The notes beneath the pieces are model-generated. The model saw nothing but the letters and a program-made list of their open reading frames with translations. It was not told where the DNA came from and searched no databases. DNA of 17,905 bases. Origin: Patescibacteria group bacterium. GTDB taxonomy: Bacteria; Patescibacteriota; Minisyncoccia; Phycocordibacterales; JBBUBG01. The translations under genes were made by a program, and so were the position numbers. How positions within the stretch are numbered: position 1 is the stretch's first letter; the number at the start of each line of letters is the position of its first letter. The DNA is taken from assembly GCA_040384765.1 (NCBI GenBank), contig JAZKIQ010000004.1:1-17905 (forward strand), in the 5' to 3' direction. Positions 17,062 through 17,905 of this stretch are shown here, one piece after another.

Positions 17062-17067
17062 AGGGTA

Positions 17068-17076
17068 ATAATAGCA
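17068..17076 (-). promoter_or_regulatory. Putative extended -10 promoter (TGcTATTAT) of the VirB4 operon
   Basis: The minus strand reads TGC-TATTAT-taccct-ATG(17061). Confidence 0.6.
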
Positions 17077-17109
17077 CGCTACCTCTTTCTACTTTTCCAC
17101 CAAACGTTC

Positions 17110-17517
17110 TTATTTCTGTACCTTTTCTTGTACGTCGAGTGACCAGGCAAGGTCTTTGAGCTTGCTGCGAGATACTCTTTCGATAGAAAGGGGCTGTTGT
17201 TTAGGGAGAATGAGGTCCTCCTCCTTTTTTACCGGCTTGTCTTCCCTGTGCCATGTGTAGAGCTTTGGGCCGAGCTGGTAGCGTACCCATGCGGCGAGAG
17301 CGTAGATAAAAGGCCGTTCGTTTACTTTGTAGAAAGCGAGTGCGAGCGAAAGGCCGGCGAATCCGAGAATGGCGGGAACGGCTAGGAAGGTGGGAAAGAT
17401 CTGGTAGAGGATAAAGCTTCCTGCTCCCCCGCCCGCTACATAGAGAAACTGCTTGAACGTGAGCCGTCCAAACAGCTTGTCTTCAACATCGATGAATTGA
17501 GGAACTTGAAATTGCAT
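17110..17517 (-). CDS. prgI: PrgI family protein (VirB3-like T4SS membrane component)
   Basis: MQFQVPQFIDVEDKLFGRLTFKQF, two TM helices, then KVNERPF..PKLYTW. ATG 17517 is preferred and is preceded by TATACT + 6 nt. Confidence 0.8.
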   Translation of the reverse strand: MQFQVPQFIDVEDKLFGRLTFKQFLYVAGGGAGSFILYQIFPTFLAVPAILGFAGLSLALAFYKVNERPFIYALAAWVRYQLGPKLYTWHREDKPVKKEEDLILPKQQPLSIERVSRSKLKDLAWSLDVQEKVQK

Positions 17518-17523
17518 ATGTAC

Positions 17524-17529
17524 AGTATA
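17524..17529 (-). promoter_or_regulatory. Putative -10 element of prgI (TATACT)
   Basis: The minus strand reads TATACT-gtacat-ATG(17517). Confidence 0.55.
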
Positions 17530-17533
17530 GCTC

Positions 17534-17679
17534 ACCTTCTTAAAACTCATTTCGGGACTCGGGCGTTTCTCGGGAAAAGCACGATACTTTTCTGCTGAAA
17601 AGTTCTCTACTCAGCGCCTTCGCGCTTCCGTAAGGCTTTTCCCGAGAAGCGCCCTCGAGCCTCATGGATTTAAGAAGGT
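17534..17679. repeat. Nested inverted-repeat element (MITE/REP-like or structured RNA)
   Basis: An outer 11-bp IR (ACCTTCTTAAA at 17534-17544 / 17669-17679), a 20-bp IR with 1 mismatch (17561-17580 / 17635-17654) and inner hairpins at 17586-17603 and 17613-17626. Confidence 0.75.
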
Positions 17680-17685
17680 TCGTGT

Positions 17686-17905
17686 CTAGCTGGTTGCTTC
17701 ACGATATGGATCCGAAGACTTTTGTTGTGGCAGTGGAGCTTTCGGTGGCAAGGGGCGCGGCTTGGGTTCGTTTGCGGGTTGGACAGGAGGCGCTGTTGGG
17801 GCGGGCGTGATTGGTGGGAGGGGGGGTGGTGGAGTGGTGGGAGGGGGGGTGGCTGCTGGAGGTGGCGGAGGTGTTGGTGGAGCTGTCGGGGCCACCGCCG
17901 GCTCT
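17686..17905 (-). CDS. 3' end of a Pro-rich hypothetical protein ending in DPYRE (truncated by the window edge)
   Basis: Open frame reading ...PPTPPPPPAATPPP...SSDPYREATS*; the start lies beyond the window. Confidence 0.6.
   Translation of the reverse strand, partial: EPAVAPTAPPTPPPPPAATPPPTTPPPPLPPITPAPTAPPVQPANEPKPRPLPPKAPLPQQKSSDPYREATS

Noticed and set aside
8363-17517. Integrative conjugative element or prophage call
   Set aside because: No integrase, relaxase, att repeat or phage genes are visible in the window. This cannot be excluded beyond the right edge.
17800-17885. G-rich tract as a G-quadruplex or tandem repeat
   Set aside because: It is fully explained by poly-proline codons on the minus strand.

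Overview
This is the chromosomal replication-origin region of a small-genome bacterium. The protein families and the lack of Shine-Dalgarno motifs suggest Patescibacteria/CPR (Parcubacteria-like); this is an inference. The left half is housekeeping: tyrS, a class A PBP, a DciA/DUF721-like gene, dnaN, oriC with DnaA boxes, dnaA, rpmH (missed by the ORF track), rnpA and yidC. The right half is a tightly coupled minus-strand operon of a T4SS-like machine with no relaxase or integrase in view. It encodes PrgI, a VirB4-associated protein, a VirB4 ATPase, a membrane protein and a secreted Ig-like protein, followed by two tandem modules of [pilin-like protein fused to a predicted cell-wall hydrolase] + [membrane-anchored beta-propeller]. 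The two pilin genes share a 560-bp identical core (10060-10619 = 12458-13017) but carry unrelated C-terminal domains: an SLT lytic transglycosylase and an M15/LAS-like zinc peptidase. This looks like a polymorphic, possibly switchable, pilin-borne peptidoglycan-hydrolase system. Two multi-hairpin palindromic elements bracket the operon, and several genes appear to be leaderless.
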